Assembly (NCBI GenBank): GCA_964016885.1
Contig: OZ024742.1
Location: forward strand, 19,468,001-19,532,000
DNA: 64,000 nucleotides
Direction of reading: 5' to 3'
Source: Eledone cirrhosa
Lineage: Eukaryota
Shown one piece after another: positions 25,034-37,867 of this stretch (positions are counted from its first letter, which is position 1; every line of letters begins with the position of its first letter). Under the pieces are notes generated by a model. That model was not told where the DNA came from. It did no database searches and saw nothing but the letters and a program-made list of their open reading frames with translations. Position numbers and translations under genes: made by a program.

Positions 25034-28000
25034 CAAACAAACAAATTAACAACACACCAAAACAATTAAAACCATCCACTCTCGCCTCTACATTTTTGCT
25101 TAACGCCCAAGGCATCAGCCCTTCCACCAATACTCAAAAATGGAAGATCAAATTCCTGGAGGACTGGATTGATGTCCATCCAAACCACATCCCTTTCTTC
25201 GTCCTCACTGAAACCCATCTCAGTAACCTCCACTTGGAAGCCGAGGTGAAAGTGAAAAGTTTCAAAGCCATCCGTGCTGATCGCGCTGGCAGAAGAAAGG
25301 GCGGAACTGCCATTTATGTCCATAATTCTTTCTCAACAGAGGCTATGAACATATTCACTAATGGATACTGTGAAGCAGTCACTGTATTCAGTCAAACCAA
25401 CAACCTATTAGTAGTTGGGCTCTATAGGCCACCCCAAACGCCTGTACCATGCTTCAAGGAATGCCTCAACAGCATAAAGTGTTTCATCCAAGAGTGTCAC
25501 CCTGACAACATCTTAATGATGGGGGACTTCAACCTCCCCGGAGTTGACTGGTCCACAAACAGCCTGCCACCAGGTTCTTCTGCCTCAACCTCTGACAGGG
25601 AAGCTGTGGAATCGCTTCTTGACTTCATGGATGATTTCTTCCTATCCCAACTAGTGCTCGAGCCAACGAGGTGCCACAAAAACGTCCTAGACTTAATTTT
25701 CAGCAATCACACTGACAATATCCACAATATTGCAGTGGAGAAAACTCTACTCTCTGATCATGACATGGTTCTCTGTGATCTGAGATTCCACCGTCCAATA
25801 TACAAACCCAATGTCATCTCTCCTGTCCATCCGTTTGACGCTATGGATTTCCACAATGCAAACTGGGAAGCGATCAGTCATGATCTTGCACATGTCGACT
25901 GGTCCTTCACGCACACTCATACACCCACTAACATCAAAAAGTCCTGGCAGACATTTGTGGACACTGTTACAAACATATGTGCTAAACACACCCCATTAAG
26001 AACTATAAACAAATCTAAGAGCAGAATCCCTAGAAATAGAAAAACGCTCATCAGAAAAATTAAGAGAACGAACAAAAAAATCAACAAGCTGAAATACTGT
26101 CAGCAGCAACACATCAACTTGACTGCCATTTCATCACTAGAGATTAAAAAACATAACCTCCAAAACAACATAATGTCCCTCATCAACAATCAGAGAAGAG
26201 CTGAAGAGGCCTGGGCCATTGAGAAGATCAAACTCAATCCCAAAGTGTTCTTTTCATTTGCAAAAAAACACAAAATCACTGGCTCTACTGTTGGCCCTCT
26301 AATTGATGAAAATGGCACTCTTCAAGACAATGCTAAAACCATGGGTGAGATACTGCAGAAACAATACTGCTCTGTTTTCAGCAATCCTGATATGGCCGAT
26401 CTGGGCTGTATCGGCGATGTTACTCCCCATTACACCTTATCGGACATAACGTTTGGCGCCCCTGATGTCTTGGCGGCAATAAAGGAAATCAAGCATAATT
26501 CAGCAGTAGGTCCCGATAGGTTCCCTGCTTGTGTCTTGAAGGCGTGTCAACACCAACTTGCATCTCCTCTTGCCAATCTGTGGCGGAACTCACTGGATGC
26601 TGGATATGTGCCAGAAAACCTTCTATCCCAGTCTGTTGTCCCAGTTTTCAAAAAGGGAAACAAATCCCTTGCCGTGAATTACCGTCCAATCTCACTCACC
26701 TCTCATATCATTAAGGTATTTGAGCGAGTGGTGAGATCGCGAATGACCCACTTCCTTGAGAGTAACAATATGCTGAACTCCAACCAGCATGGATTCCGTA
26801 ATGGAAGGGATTGCCTGACGCAGCTACTGCATCACTTTGATGACATTTTGAGAGCCTTGGGAGAGGGTTCCAACACTGATGTTATCTACCTTGATTTCAG
26901 CAAGGCCTTTGACAGGGTTGATCATAACATTCTACTGAGAAAGCTGTCCAATATTGGTGTCACTGGAAAGCTGCTGCAGTGGATCAAGAGCTTCCTGTCA
27001 AACAGAACCCAACATGTTGTAGTTGAGGGAGTCAAATCAAGCCCAGCCAAAGTCAGTAGTGGAGTCCCACAAGGCACTGTGTTGGGCCCACTTCTCTTCA
27101 TCATCTGTATTAATGACATCACTGACATCATCAAACACAGCAACATTAAAATTTTCGCTGATGATTCCAAGCTCCAAAAGGTCATCAATGGCGTGGATGA
27201 CCGGATAAGCCTTCAGTCAGACCTACTGGCTGTTACCCAATGGGCAGAAAAGAACAACATGTTACTGAACGAAGACAAATTCGAACTGATCCACTTTGGA
27301 AAAGAGGATGCTCTGAAACTCCCGTACTCCCTTCCCTCCGGGGAAACTCTCGTGGCATCTAACAACATCAGAGACTTGGGAGTAACCGTGGACAGCAACA
27401 TAAGCTGGACCACGCATATAAGCAGCAAAGTTGACATGGCCCGCAGAATGTGTTCCTGGATCCTCAGAACCTTCCAGTCGAGAGATTCCCGCACCATTAT
27501 CCTTCTCTTCTCTACTTTCGCCCGACCACACCTTGAATACTGTTGTCCACTGTGGTCTCCCCACACGAAACAAAGTATCATGAAACTTGAAGCTCCTCAA
27601 AGGGCAATCACGAAAAAGATAGATGGCATGTCAGACCTTGACTACTAGGGTCGATTGGAAAACCTGAAACTTTACTCACTCCAACGTCGCCGTGAGCGTT
27701 ATATTATCTGCATGATGTGGAAAATGTTCCATCATCACTGCCCAAATGATGTTGGCATCGCCTTCAAGATACACCCAAGGCTTGGGCCCCGTGCTATCCG
27801 TCCCATTCAAAAATCTAAATCGCAACTCATAACAACAATACGGCACAATTATTTCACCTCAATCGGCCCTGCTCTCTTCAACATCACACCAGGACACGTC
27901 AAAACAGAAACTGACCACACAAAATTCAAGAAGTCTTTGGACAAATTCCTCCAAGTAATCCTGGACAAACCACCCACACCCGGATATGTCTCCGCAAACA

Positions 28001-28041
28001 GTAATTCTCTTCTCGAATGGGCCATGGTGCCCAAATCCTGA
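25021..28041 (+). pseudogene. LINE ORF2 (AP endonuclease + reverse transcriptase) with one premature stop at 27646-27648
   Basis: APE motifs LTETHL, YRPP, GDFNLP, LDL, SDHD; RT motifs NYRPISLTS, YLDFSKAFD, GVPQG, FADD; LDY*GRL (TAG where Trp is expected) continues in frame to LYSLQRRRERY...PDKPPTPGY. Confidence 0.92.
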
Positions 28042-28148
28042 ATTGAAAGACTTCGCCAGGTGGTGCTATTAAGTTAGACATGGCCTGGGCCAATACTGGC
28101 CAAAACATTTCAAAGTTATTCAAAGTTATTCAAAGTTATATATATATG

Positions 28149-28311
<163 letters not shown>

Positions 28312-28900
28312 TCTTTATTTATTTGGTTTTGACAATTTAGTGGTGGACAGGAACATGTATAATAAACATACAAGCTGTCTCCAAGCTTGAACCATGTCTG
28401 TGTGTTTTGTGTGTGTGTTTTGTGTGTGTTTTGTGTATATGTATGTGTGTATATGTATGCACCCGTGTCTGTGTTTGTGTGTATGTAATTGTGTGTGTCT
28501 GTGTATATGTATATGTGTTTGTGTGTGTCTCTGTATATGTGTGTGTATGTGAATGTGTGTATGTGGGTGGGGGTTGTATATGTGTGTGTCATGAACATCA
28601 CGGCCCACAGAATAATCTCCGATCCAATCATTAGCCCCACCCATACAGCTTGTCTATAATATCATCATCACAATCATCATCATCGTCATCATCGTCATCA
28701 TCATCATCATCATCATCATCGTTTTTCTACATCCGTTTTCCACTTTGTTATAGGTTGAAGTTGAATAACTAACAACTGAGGAGCTAAAATAATGGAATGT
28801 CAATTTAGTCAAGATAGAACAAAAAACAAGACTTTGCATTCGTGAGTTTCATATCAAATAACATGTATGCTTGCAAACGAATCAAACATTATTATTATGC

Positions 28901-29378
28901 AGGGTGGTGGATTGCCAGTATCAGTAAAGGGTCGCACACCATGCTTTCTAGCATAGTTACGTCCCTTTACGGTCTGAGTTCAAATCCCGTCGAGGTTAAC
29001 TTTGACTTTCATCCTTACGGTGTCGATAAAATAAAGTACCAGTAATGTACTGGGTAATTACTGGTCTTGTACCAAAAGTAGAAACAATTATTATGCAGGG
29101 TGGTGGATTGGCAGTATCGGTAGAGAATCGGAGGCCATGCTTTGACGCATAGAGTTACGACCCTTTATGATCTGAGTTCAAATCACGCCGAGGTTAACTT
29201 TGGATTGGCAGTATCGGTAGAGGATCGGACGCCATGCTTTGCAGCAAAGAGTTACGGCCCTTTATGGTCTGAGTTGAGGTTAGCTTTGCCTTTCATCCTT
29301 ACGGATCGATAAAATAAAGTACCAGTAATGTACTGGGATAATTGTTAGCCTTGTGGCAAAAGTTGAAACAATTATTAT
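28901..29378 (+). mobile_element. Three tandem SINE family A copies
   Basis: Repeated ggtggattggcagtatcggtaga heads and family A cores. Confidence 0.85.
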
Positions 29379-29759
29379 TCAATATAAATGCAACTCACGA
29401 ATGCATATATCCGCTATGTGAGAGTGAAAAACTAAATTTTAAACAAGATTTTATTAATCAGTTCATAATATTGGAAGCTAATCCTTTTATAATCTCCAAG
29501 AGGTGAGACCTTCTCCTGTGTCAAATAATTTTATTGTAAACCATAACCTACCCATGCCTCCACGAACAGCCAACAAACTAACCAACTGGTTTACTTAGCT
29601 TATTATAAGTAGCTGAAAAAACTGGTTTTTATATCTAACAAATACACATCTCTATATTAAAAAAACCCACCAAAGTTACAGTTTTTGAAGTGCATTGTGC
29701 ACGTCTGTGGTTACAATGGTATATTGCAGTGCATAGAGAGTTGGTTAATTCATTTTTAT

Positions 29760-29808
29760 ATACATACACACACGCACGCACACGCACACACACACACACA
29801 CGCACGCA

Positions 29809-29862
<54 letters not shown>

Positions 29863-29890
29863 TACATACATACATACATACATACATACA

Positions 29891-29920
<30 letters not shown>
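29760..29920. repeat. Compound (CA)n/(CACG)n/(CATA)n microsatellite
   Basis: Direct reading. Confidence 0.95.
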
Positions 29921-29921
<1 letters not shown>

Positions 29922-29929
29922 CGGAATGG

Positions 29930-30072
29930 ATGCAGTGAAAACAGTTAGACCATTGCTCACATACTCCCAGGAGTACTCAATACTCGGGATAGTATATAGG
30001 ATTCGGGACCCCGACGGCTGAGCTCCTGCCGTTTTAACAGCTAGATCTGAACGGATCTAGCTGTCCGTTGTC

Positions 30073-30124
<52 letters not shown>

Positions 30125-30198
30125 GCATGGTGAGTTAAAAATCGGATCTAGCTGTCGAAACGGCCGGAGCTCAGCCGTCGGGGTCCTGACTCTTTTCA
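29930..30198. mobile_element. Family H fragments in opposite orientations around a TA array
   Basis: gaccccgacggctgagctc arm and ctagctgtcgaaacggccggagctcagccgtcggggtc arm. Confidence 0.65.
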
Positions 30199-30676
30199 TA
30201 TATATATATATATATATATACACATGTATGTGTGTGTGTTGATGATATTTAGACAACAAGTCGGAAATAGATATATTGAGGTAGACAGACACACAGAGAA
30301 AGCTAGAGAGAAAGAGAGATGTAGAGATAGAGAATAAGAGAGACACGAAGAGACAGAGAGAGACAACGGCATAGTAAGACAGAGACATAGTGAGATAGAC
30401 AGAAAGAGACATGGTGGGTTAGAGAGAGAGAGAGAGAGAGAGTCGTGGGAATATTTACAGGCAGACATTAATTTAGAATACAATTCTCTAAAGAATTGAA
30501 TAAAATCATTTTTTTTTCTTTCGTTTCTTTCTTCTATTTAAGTGCAGGACTGTTTCTATTGGTTGATAGTTGCCATTCATATTTGTTGTAAAGTTTATAT
30601 GGTTGTAATTGTTAAACATACCTATAATATATTAGAAATATAAAGGAATGAAGAAAATAAATTTAGTGTATCTTAA

Positions 30677-30897
30677 CCCTTTAGCATTTATATTATTCTA
30701 AATATACTATAGTATGTTTGTGGTAAAGGCTTTATCTTACATACTTATCTCACATAATATTGAATCTATAAGATTTTCATGATATTTATTTTGAGAACAA
30801 TACCTTAACATCAGCATGAATGGCCAGTTATGGCTAGTTTAAAGAGAAGGAGGTGAGAGAATTCTGGCCAGATACGGTCAGTTTAAATGCTAAAGGT
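30677..30897. mobile_element. piggyBac-type MITE, second copy
   Basis: ttaa/ccctttagcattta ... taaatgctaaaggt/ttaa; interior is the reverse complement of 17692-17912. Confidence 0.72.
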
Positions 30898-30899
30898 TT

Positions 30900-31335
30900 A
30901 AAGCTCCGACGTCTGCCAACTGACTTTGTAGACATCCAGAAGATTATCAACCATTTTCCCAAGAAACACCTATTTGAATTCCATATGTCTAACACCCGTG
31001 GACATGCTTACAAAATCAGAAAACAGTACAGCTCTTATGACTTTCGGAAATATTGTTTTACGCTCAGAGTTGCTGACACATGGAACAAGCTACCTGCATC
31101 AGTTGTTAGCTGTCGGGACACTGCATCCTTCAAAACTTCCATTCTTCCCGAAATTCGCCAACACTACACTTGATATTCCCCCTCTATACACTCACATACG
31201 TGCGTATGTGTGCCTGTATCTATATCATGAATCATAAACTGTTCACTTTCCTGACATTTGTACATTATTCTATGTACTATACATGCACATTTGATGATCT
31301 GTTGTGCACCCGAGCACTGTAGACAATAATTTTAA
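30900..31335 (+). mobile_element. CR1-clade LINE 3' fragment
   Basis: TRGHAYKIRKQYSSYDFRKYCFTLRVADTWNKLPASVVS, the typical CR1 C-terminal TRGH...F..RV...WN.LP motif. Confidence 0.8.
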
Positions 31336-31692
31336 TTATTATTATTTTATAGGAGAGATAGTTAATGTTTAGGAAATAGATGTAAAATACAAGACTAGAA
31401 ATGTGACAAATTAGCAGAGTTGTTAGAGTGGCAAATTAAGAAAGAATTCTGCAGCGTTGTTTTAGCTTGGTAGAGTCATTAGTCAGATAAAATGTTTTGC
31501 AGCATTTAGTAATACTTTATATTCTGAGTTCAAATCCCACCATAATAATATTCTGAGTTAGAATCCAACCAAGGTCAACTTTGCCCTTCATCTGTTTGAG
31601 GTCAATGAATAAAGTACCAGCCATGTACTGGGTTAATTCATTCTTTCTCTGGAATAAATCAGCTGCGTTACAGCCTGAAGAGGGATGGGTTC

Positions 31693-31911
31693 CAGGGCCG
31701 GATTTAATGGGAGCCATGACCAGCGATAGCTGTAGTAATTTATTTGTGCTCTCAACTGGGCTTTTTAGTTTTAGTATAACTTTTCAATTCCAATTACTTG
31801 CGCCGAGCTAACTTTGATATCTTTAATTTGGGGGTTTGCTGTGTATTCTAATTGTGTGTGTATGTGGGGCTCCCTAAACCTGAAGTGCCCGAAGGTCTAA
31901 ATCCAGCCCTG
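31693..31911. mobile_element. hAT-type MITE (partial second copy at about 34511-34716)
   Basis: TIRs cagggccggattta / taaatccagccctg; 8-bp flanks atgggttc / ataggttc (1 mismatch). Confidence 0.75.
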
Positions 31912-32339
31912 ATAGGTTCTGCCAGATTTAAAATGCCCAAGACATGCCAAGTACGAGGACGGTACCTTTATGTATCCACCAGGAGACTATCGAACTACAC
32001 CGACTCTCCACATAATACTACATTCACTACACGCTATCCACCCCTAAAACTTCACCCTAGCTACTCTCAGACATATGTCTCCACCTCAGCTAATGTTATT
32101 TCAATCACAATAAATTAAAAAATTCCAGTTTTGTTTATCCACCCCCACCCTCATCTGGTCATTGCAGTGAGGTTGGGTGATCAGTTTTTAAGTGTAGGGG
32201 AGAGGAGGCTAATAAAAATATAGTTTTTTCTACTTTTGGCACAAGGCCAGCAATTACCCAGTACATTAATGGTACTTTATTTTATCGACCCCCGTAAGGA
32301 TGAATGGAGGCTAATAAAAATATAGTGTTACCATGTTAT

Positions 32340-32465
32340 GTGAAGGCACGTGGCTTAGGGGTTAAAGAACTGGATTAGCAATTGTGAGGTTACGGGTTCG
32401 ATTCCTGGACCGGGTGATGTGTTATGTTTTTTGAGCAAAAGACTATTTAACACTGCTCTTTCTCT
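32340..32465 (+). mobile_element. SINE family B 5' part
   Basis: tggcttaggggttaa A-box, gggttcgattcc B-box, ttgagcaa core. Confidence 0.7.
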
Positions 32466-32850
32466 CAGGAGATAGATAGTATCAGCAATAGAAAGACCAA
32501 TGGAAACATTGTTTCCTTGGTCCAATATGTCGAGTTTCACCCTACTGGGTAAACCGAATGAGATCTTGTCGATCGTTCAAAGAAAGTTATCATGTTAGCA
32601 TGGGCTGAAGATTTGCTGACATCCATACTCTTAAATGTAACTTAATATTATGATATAATCTGAAACACAAGTAAGAAAAAATGGTTTCCCTATAATATTT
32701 CGTACTTTAGAAGCTTGGAGGTCATTTCTTATAACTTTTGTGTTTTGTATAATAAAATATCAATTATGGGATAAAAACAAAACTAGAATTTAGTTTTTCG
32801 CTCTAACATAGCGGATACGTAAATGTATTTGTGAGTTTTAAATCGAATAA

Positions 32851-33338
32851 TAATTGTTTCTACTTTTGGCACAAGGCCAGCAATTATCCCAATGTATTAC
32901 TGGTACTTTATTTTATCGACCCCGTAAGGATGAAAGGCAAAGTTAACCTCGGCGGGATTCGAACTCAGACCGTAAAGGGGCGTAATTCTATGCTGCAAAG
33001 CATGGCGTCCGACCCCCTACTAATACTGCCAATCCACCATTCGATTCATTTGCAAGCATTACTCATCCTTTTATTCTCTCACCTCTAGAACAAAAGGATG
33101 GCGATGACAGTCTAAAACATAGCATAATGAGGCTGTTTGCTTACTAAGGCGGTGGATTGGCAGTATCGGTAGAGGGTCGGGCGCCATGCTTTCCAGCATA
33201 GTTACGTCCCTTTACGATCTGAGTTCAAATCCCGCCGAGGTTGACTTTGCCTTTCATCCTTACGGGGTCGATAAAATAAAGTACCAGTAATGCACTGGGT
33301 AATTGCTGGCCTTGTGCCAAAAGTAGAAACAATTATTA
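32851..33338. mobile_element. Head-to-head pair of SINE family A copies (32851-33039 minus, 33148-33338 plus)
   Basis: Two full copies in inverted orientation about 110 bp apart. Confidence 0.88.
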
Positions 33339-34317
33339 TTCGATATAAAACTCATGAATGAATAGGCTAACTTTCTAAGAGAGAAGCCAGTCGTAATTAT
33401 AAAACTTAATTATTCAAATTAATTTACAATCCAACCAGTTTGAATCAGCCGGAATTCTTTTGCCTCTAATCATTTCTGCAAATAAATTCCGTAGTAACTA
33501 TAATTTGATATGTTTTCTCTCGCCGTATTTTTTTTGTGATGCAAAAATATAACCAAGGAATTGGGTCTTATGTTATTCTTGGCCGAAGATATGTATTTAA
33601 TCGTTTTACTAGAGAAAATCTTCCTTCAGCAATTGCAAATATTATAGTAGTTACCAGTAGAAATTGGCAATGTTTACTAATTCCAGATATTAGGTATTTT
33701 CCATCAGCTAGTCTATAGTTTCAGCGAAACTACAAACTACAAATGCTGGAAATTGAAGGATCATAGAACATGGGTGTATAACATATTCCATTGGTGAGCC
33801 ACTTTTGAACATTGGAACAACTATTAGGGCCATTAATATGTATTAAGCATTATTCCAAAGATTCACCACAACTTCTTTCCTCCATAACATGGAACTGGGA
33901 AATTATAACACACATAACCCTATCAGACAACTATTAGGGCCATTAATATTTATTAAGCACTATTCCAAAGATTCACCACAACTTCTTTCCATAAATTATA
34001 ACACATAACCTATCAGTGAAGCCCTTTAGATAAGGTCAACTAACAGAAAATTGTATTACGGTTACGAAAAATTTTTAAATAAGTCTACAAGGTAAAAATT
34101 AAAAACGGTCATCCTGGGCCACTCTAACTAGTCTGGCGGGCCGGATTTTGGCCCGCGAGCCGCCTGCTTCACGCCCCTGTCATAGTATCAATGTCATCGA
34201 AGTATCTTTTCTGAATAAAATTGATTTCTGATATGTTTCTCTTTGTTGATCGATGTCTCAAGCCGTAAATATATCGTGCAACTTTGCGGCCTTAAAATAT
34301 ACGAGTACATGATTATT

Positions 34318-34516
34318 GGTTTAAATCACGTCTCAACGTTCTGGGTTTAATTCCCGACTTTACATGGGTTTAAATCCCGTCTTTACGTTCAGAGTTTAAA
34401 TCCCGACTTCACGTTCTGGGTTTAAATCCCGTCTCAACGTTCTGGGTTTAAAACCCGTCTCAACATTCTAGGTTTAAATTCCGTCTTAAAGTTCTGTGTT
34501 TAAATCCCGTCTCAAC
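34318..34516. repeat. Approx. 26-bp minisatellite
   Basis: gggtttaaatcccgtctcaacgttct repeated about 8 times. Confidence 0.8.
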
Positions 34517-35159
34517 TGGGCTTTTTAGTTTTAGGATGGTTAGAATTTTTGAATTTTATACCTCTATGTATAACTTTTCAATTCCAATTATTTGTACCAA
34601 GCTAACTTTGATATGTAAAATTGGGGGGTTTGCTGTATATTCTAATTTTTTCTGTATGATGCCCCACCCCCAATCTGAAGTGCCTCGGGTCCACTAAGGT
34701 CTAAATCCAATCCTGATCTAAACCAAACACTGGGAATAGCTGACACTAGTGATGGAATACATGACATGCTGTCTCTATATAGCGATACAGAGAGGCAATC
34801 GATGATACACCTTCAAAGCAAGCAATCGGAAGAGTTAAATCTAGCAACGGAAGACATGAGAAACTGTCTATAAAGAATTGTTATAACTTGTTATAGAGAC
34901 AATCCTTTTTAAAGTAGCAAGGCAACGAAAAGAGAGGAAATCCATAGGAAACAAGTGATAAAACGAGATAAGTTATTAGGTTGATGGATGACAGTGTATT
35001 ACTGAATAACATAGAATTTGAAGAATCATGTTATATGGATGACATCAACTTCGAAATCCTTAACCACCGTGAGTGTTTTAGCGAAATTAATAACTCTAAG
35101 AAGAAGTGGTAAAGTTATGGAGGAGTAGTAGTTATTGATGCCGAATTGGATAAAACTGT

Positions 35160-35293
35160 ACAGAATTAGCCGTCGAAACGGCTTGAGCTCAGCCGTCGGG
35201 GTCTTACTTGTTCCTATTACCCACTCTACTACCCTAAGTATTGAGTACTTTGGTGCGTTATGGTCCACCTGGTTCCTTACCATATTTCCTTCG

Positions 35294-35296
<3 letters not shown>
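35160..35296 (+). mobile_element. Family H element ending in a long TA-rich array (35296-35990)
   Basis: Nearly identical to 46931-47066. Confidence 0.75.
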
Positions 35297-35340
<44 letters not shown>

Positions 35341-35362
35341 CACACACACATATATATATATA

Positions 35363-35410
<48 letters not shown>

Positions 35411-35416
35411 ATACAG

Positions 35417-35493
<77 letters not shown>

Positions 35494-35597
35494 CACACAT
35501 ATATATATATTCATATATATATATATACAGACACACATATATATATATGCATATATATATATATATATATACAGACGCACATATATATATATATATA

Positions 35598-35645
<48 letters not shown>

Positions 35646-35707
35646 CACACATATATATATATATATATTCATATATATATATATACAGACACACATATAT
35701 ATATATA

Positions 35708-35743
<36 letters not shown>

Positions 35744-35802
35744 CGCACATATATATATATATGCATATATATATATATACAGACACACATATATATATAT
35801 GC

Positions 35803-35833
<31 letters not shown>

Positions 35834-35857
35834 CACACATATATATATATATATATA

Positions 35858-35918
<61 letters not shown>

Positions 35919-36414
35919 TCTCTCTCCCTCTCTCTCTCTCTATATATATATATATATGTATGTATATTATATGCGCGCATGTATATATGAATGGGAAGTA
36001 AGAGAAAGAAGAGATAATGTGAGAGAGAGGGGTGGAAGGGAGGAGCAATGAGAAAACCTGGGCCGAAAATGTTTTCTATCGTTAAAATGATTTAAAACAT
36101 TACAAAAGAAGAATGAGAAATATATTTACTTCTCCATGTACGAAATACTGAATACATAAGATTTTACCTTGAAACCTGGCCACTTCGATCACAACTTCTT
36201 AACACTGGCATGTTGTGTAAATATAGGTGGACACGTGTGTCTTGTACTATAGCTTTATTTGTGCACTGACATTATACACCAAATACATTATTCTATGCAT
36301 GTATATATATATGTGGGTGTAGATAGTAAGCTAGCTAGATAGATAGACTCCCACACAAACACGGATATAGAGTTCCACAGCTTTTCAGTTTGTTTTAGCC
36401 ATCAGGTATATATA

Positions 36415-36487
<73 letters not shown>

Positions 36488-36489
36488 AA

Positions 36490-36662
36490 AATCAAGACCC
36501 TGACGGCTTAGCTCCGGCCGTTTCGGATCTAACTGTCGAAACGGCCAGAGCTCAGCAGTCGGCGTCCTGACTCTTTTCCTACTACCCACTCTACTACCCA
36601 AAGTATTGAGTACTCTGGTACGACATGGTCCATCTGGTATCTTACCATACCCTCTTTGTTAT
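36490..36662 (+). mobile_element. Family H element with 5' inversion
   Basis: Inverted arms then body ctacccactctactaccc..gtattgagtactctggt..ggtcca.ctggt; TA array at left. Confidence 0.7.
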
Positions 36663-36671
36663 ATCTAGCTA

Positions 36672-36814
<143 letters not shown>

Positions 36815-37867
36815 ACTGTCCTAGTCCCGTAGATGCAATTTATAAAATATATATATGTTAGTAGAGTATAGGGATACATATTTTATAAATTACATCTACG
36901 GGACTAGGACAGTTTCATTCGAAAGACTTAATTATAATTATTTGCGATGAACCACACACATCATTTCAAATTGTCTTAATGCTTCATATGTCCATCATTT
37001 TCCTATATATATAAGGGTAAAACTCCCTTCGGTCAAGAATTGCTTTGAGATTTGCACCAAGAAAGTTTCCCTTCCGAGTCACAAGTTCGGGCAAGGTGTT
37101 TTTGTGTTTTTGTATACCAGTCTCCCCTCTACACACCACTCAAAGCATTGGTCAACATGAGGCTATAATAGAAGATTTTTGTCCGTCCACGATGCCACGC
37201 ATAGGGAATGAACCCCAAATCACATAGTTGGGATGTGAACTCCCTAGTCACAGGAGAGAGAGAGAAAGAGAAAGAGTATGAAAAGGAATAGAGAGGGTAC
37301 GAAAAAAAAAAAAGTGGCGTTTATTTTATTACAAAGATGAACGTTAAATATTTGTTTGTTCCCCAGAGAATATAAAAATGAAGTCACAGACTAAATATTG
37401 GTTTAAATACTTAAATATTTTTTTATATAAATCTTTCTGACCTCGAATTTTGTTATTTTTGAATATTGTTTAAAATCTGGATTCTAGTTTACAGCTTGAT
37501 GCATGAAATCTGGTACATATGGTAACAGTTACATGATCAGCTTTTACAGAGTTAGTTGTAACTATTTTTAGACAGTGGTCCCTAATACTATTGCATGTTA
37601 TGGTGCTTAGTTGAGCTAAAATAGAATCACGTTCAGCTGAAATATGGCAGAAGACATAACATATCTCTACAGAGAGTGCATTATTCTGGAGAACAATTTA
37701 AAGTTGACATATTTTGGTGTCTAGTGTTTCGCTGCAACTCACTGAATGTTTGTCATGTGGTTTTCTTGTAACAGGGAGTGTTGTTAGACTGGAGAACTAA
37801 CAACTGAAAGGTTTGTGTTTCAAATCCTGTTAATACCACCACTTACCTAGAGCTAGATGTTCCCCTC

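Larger units (their letters stand above)
23820..28138 (+). mobile_element. Near full-length two-ORF CR1-group LINE
   Basis: ORF1, APE-RT ORF2, short 3' UTR and (ttcaaagtta)x3 tail ending in (TA)n. Confidence 0.92.
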
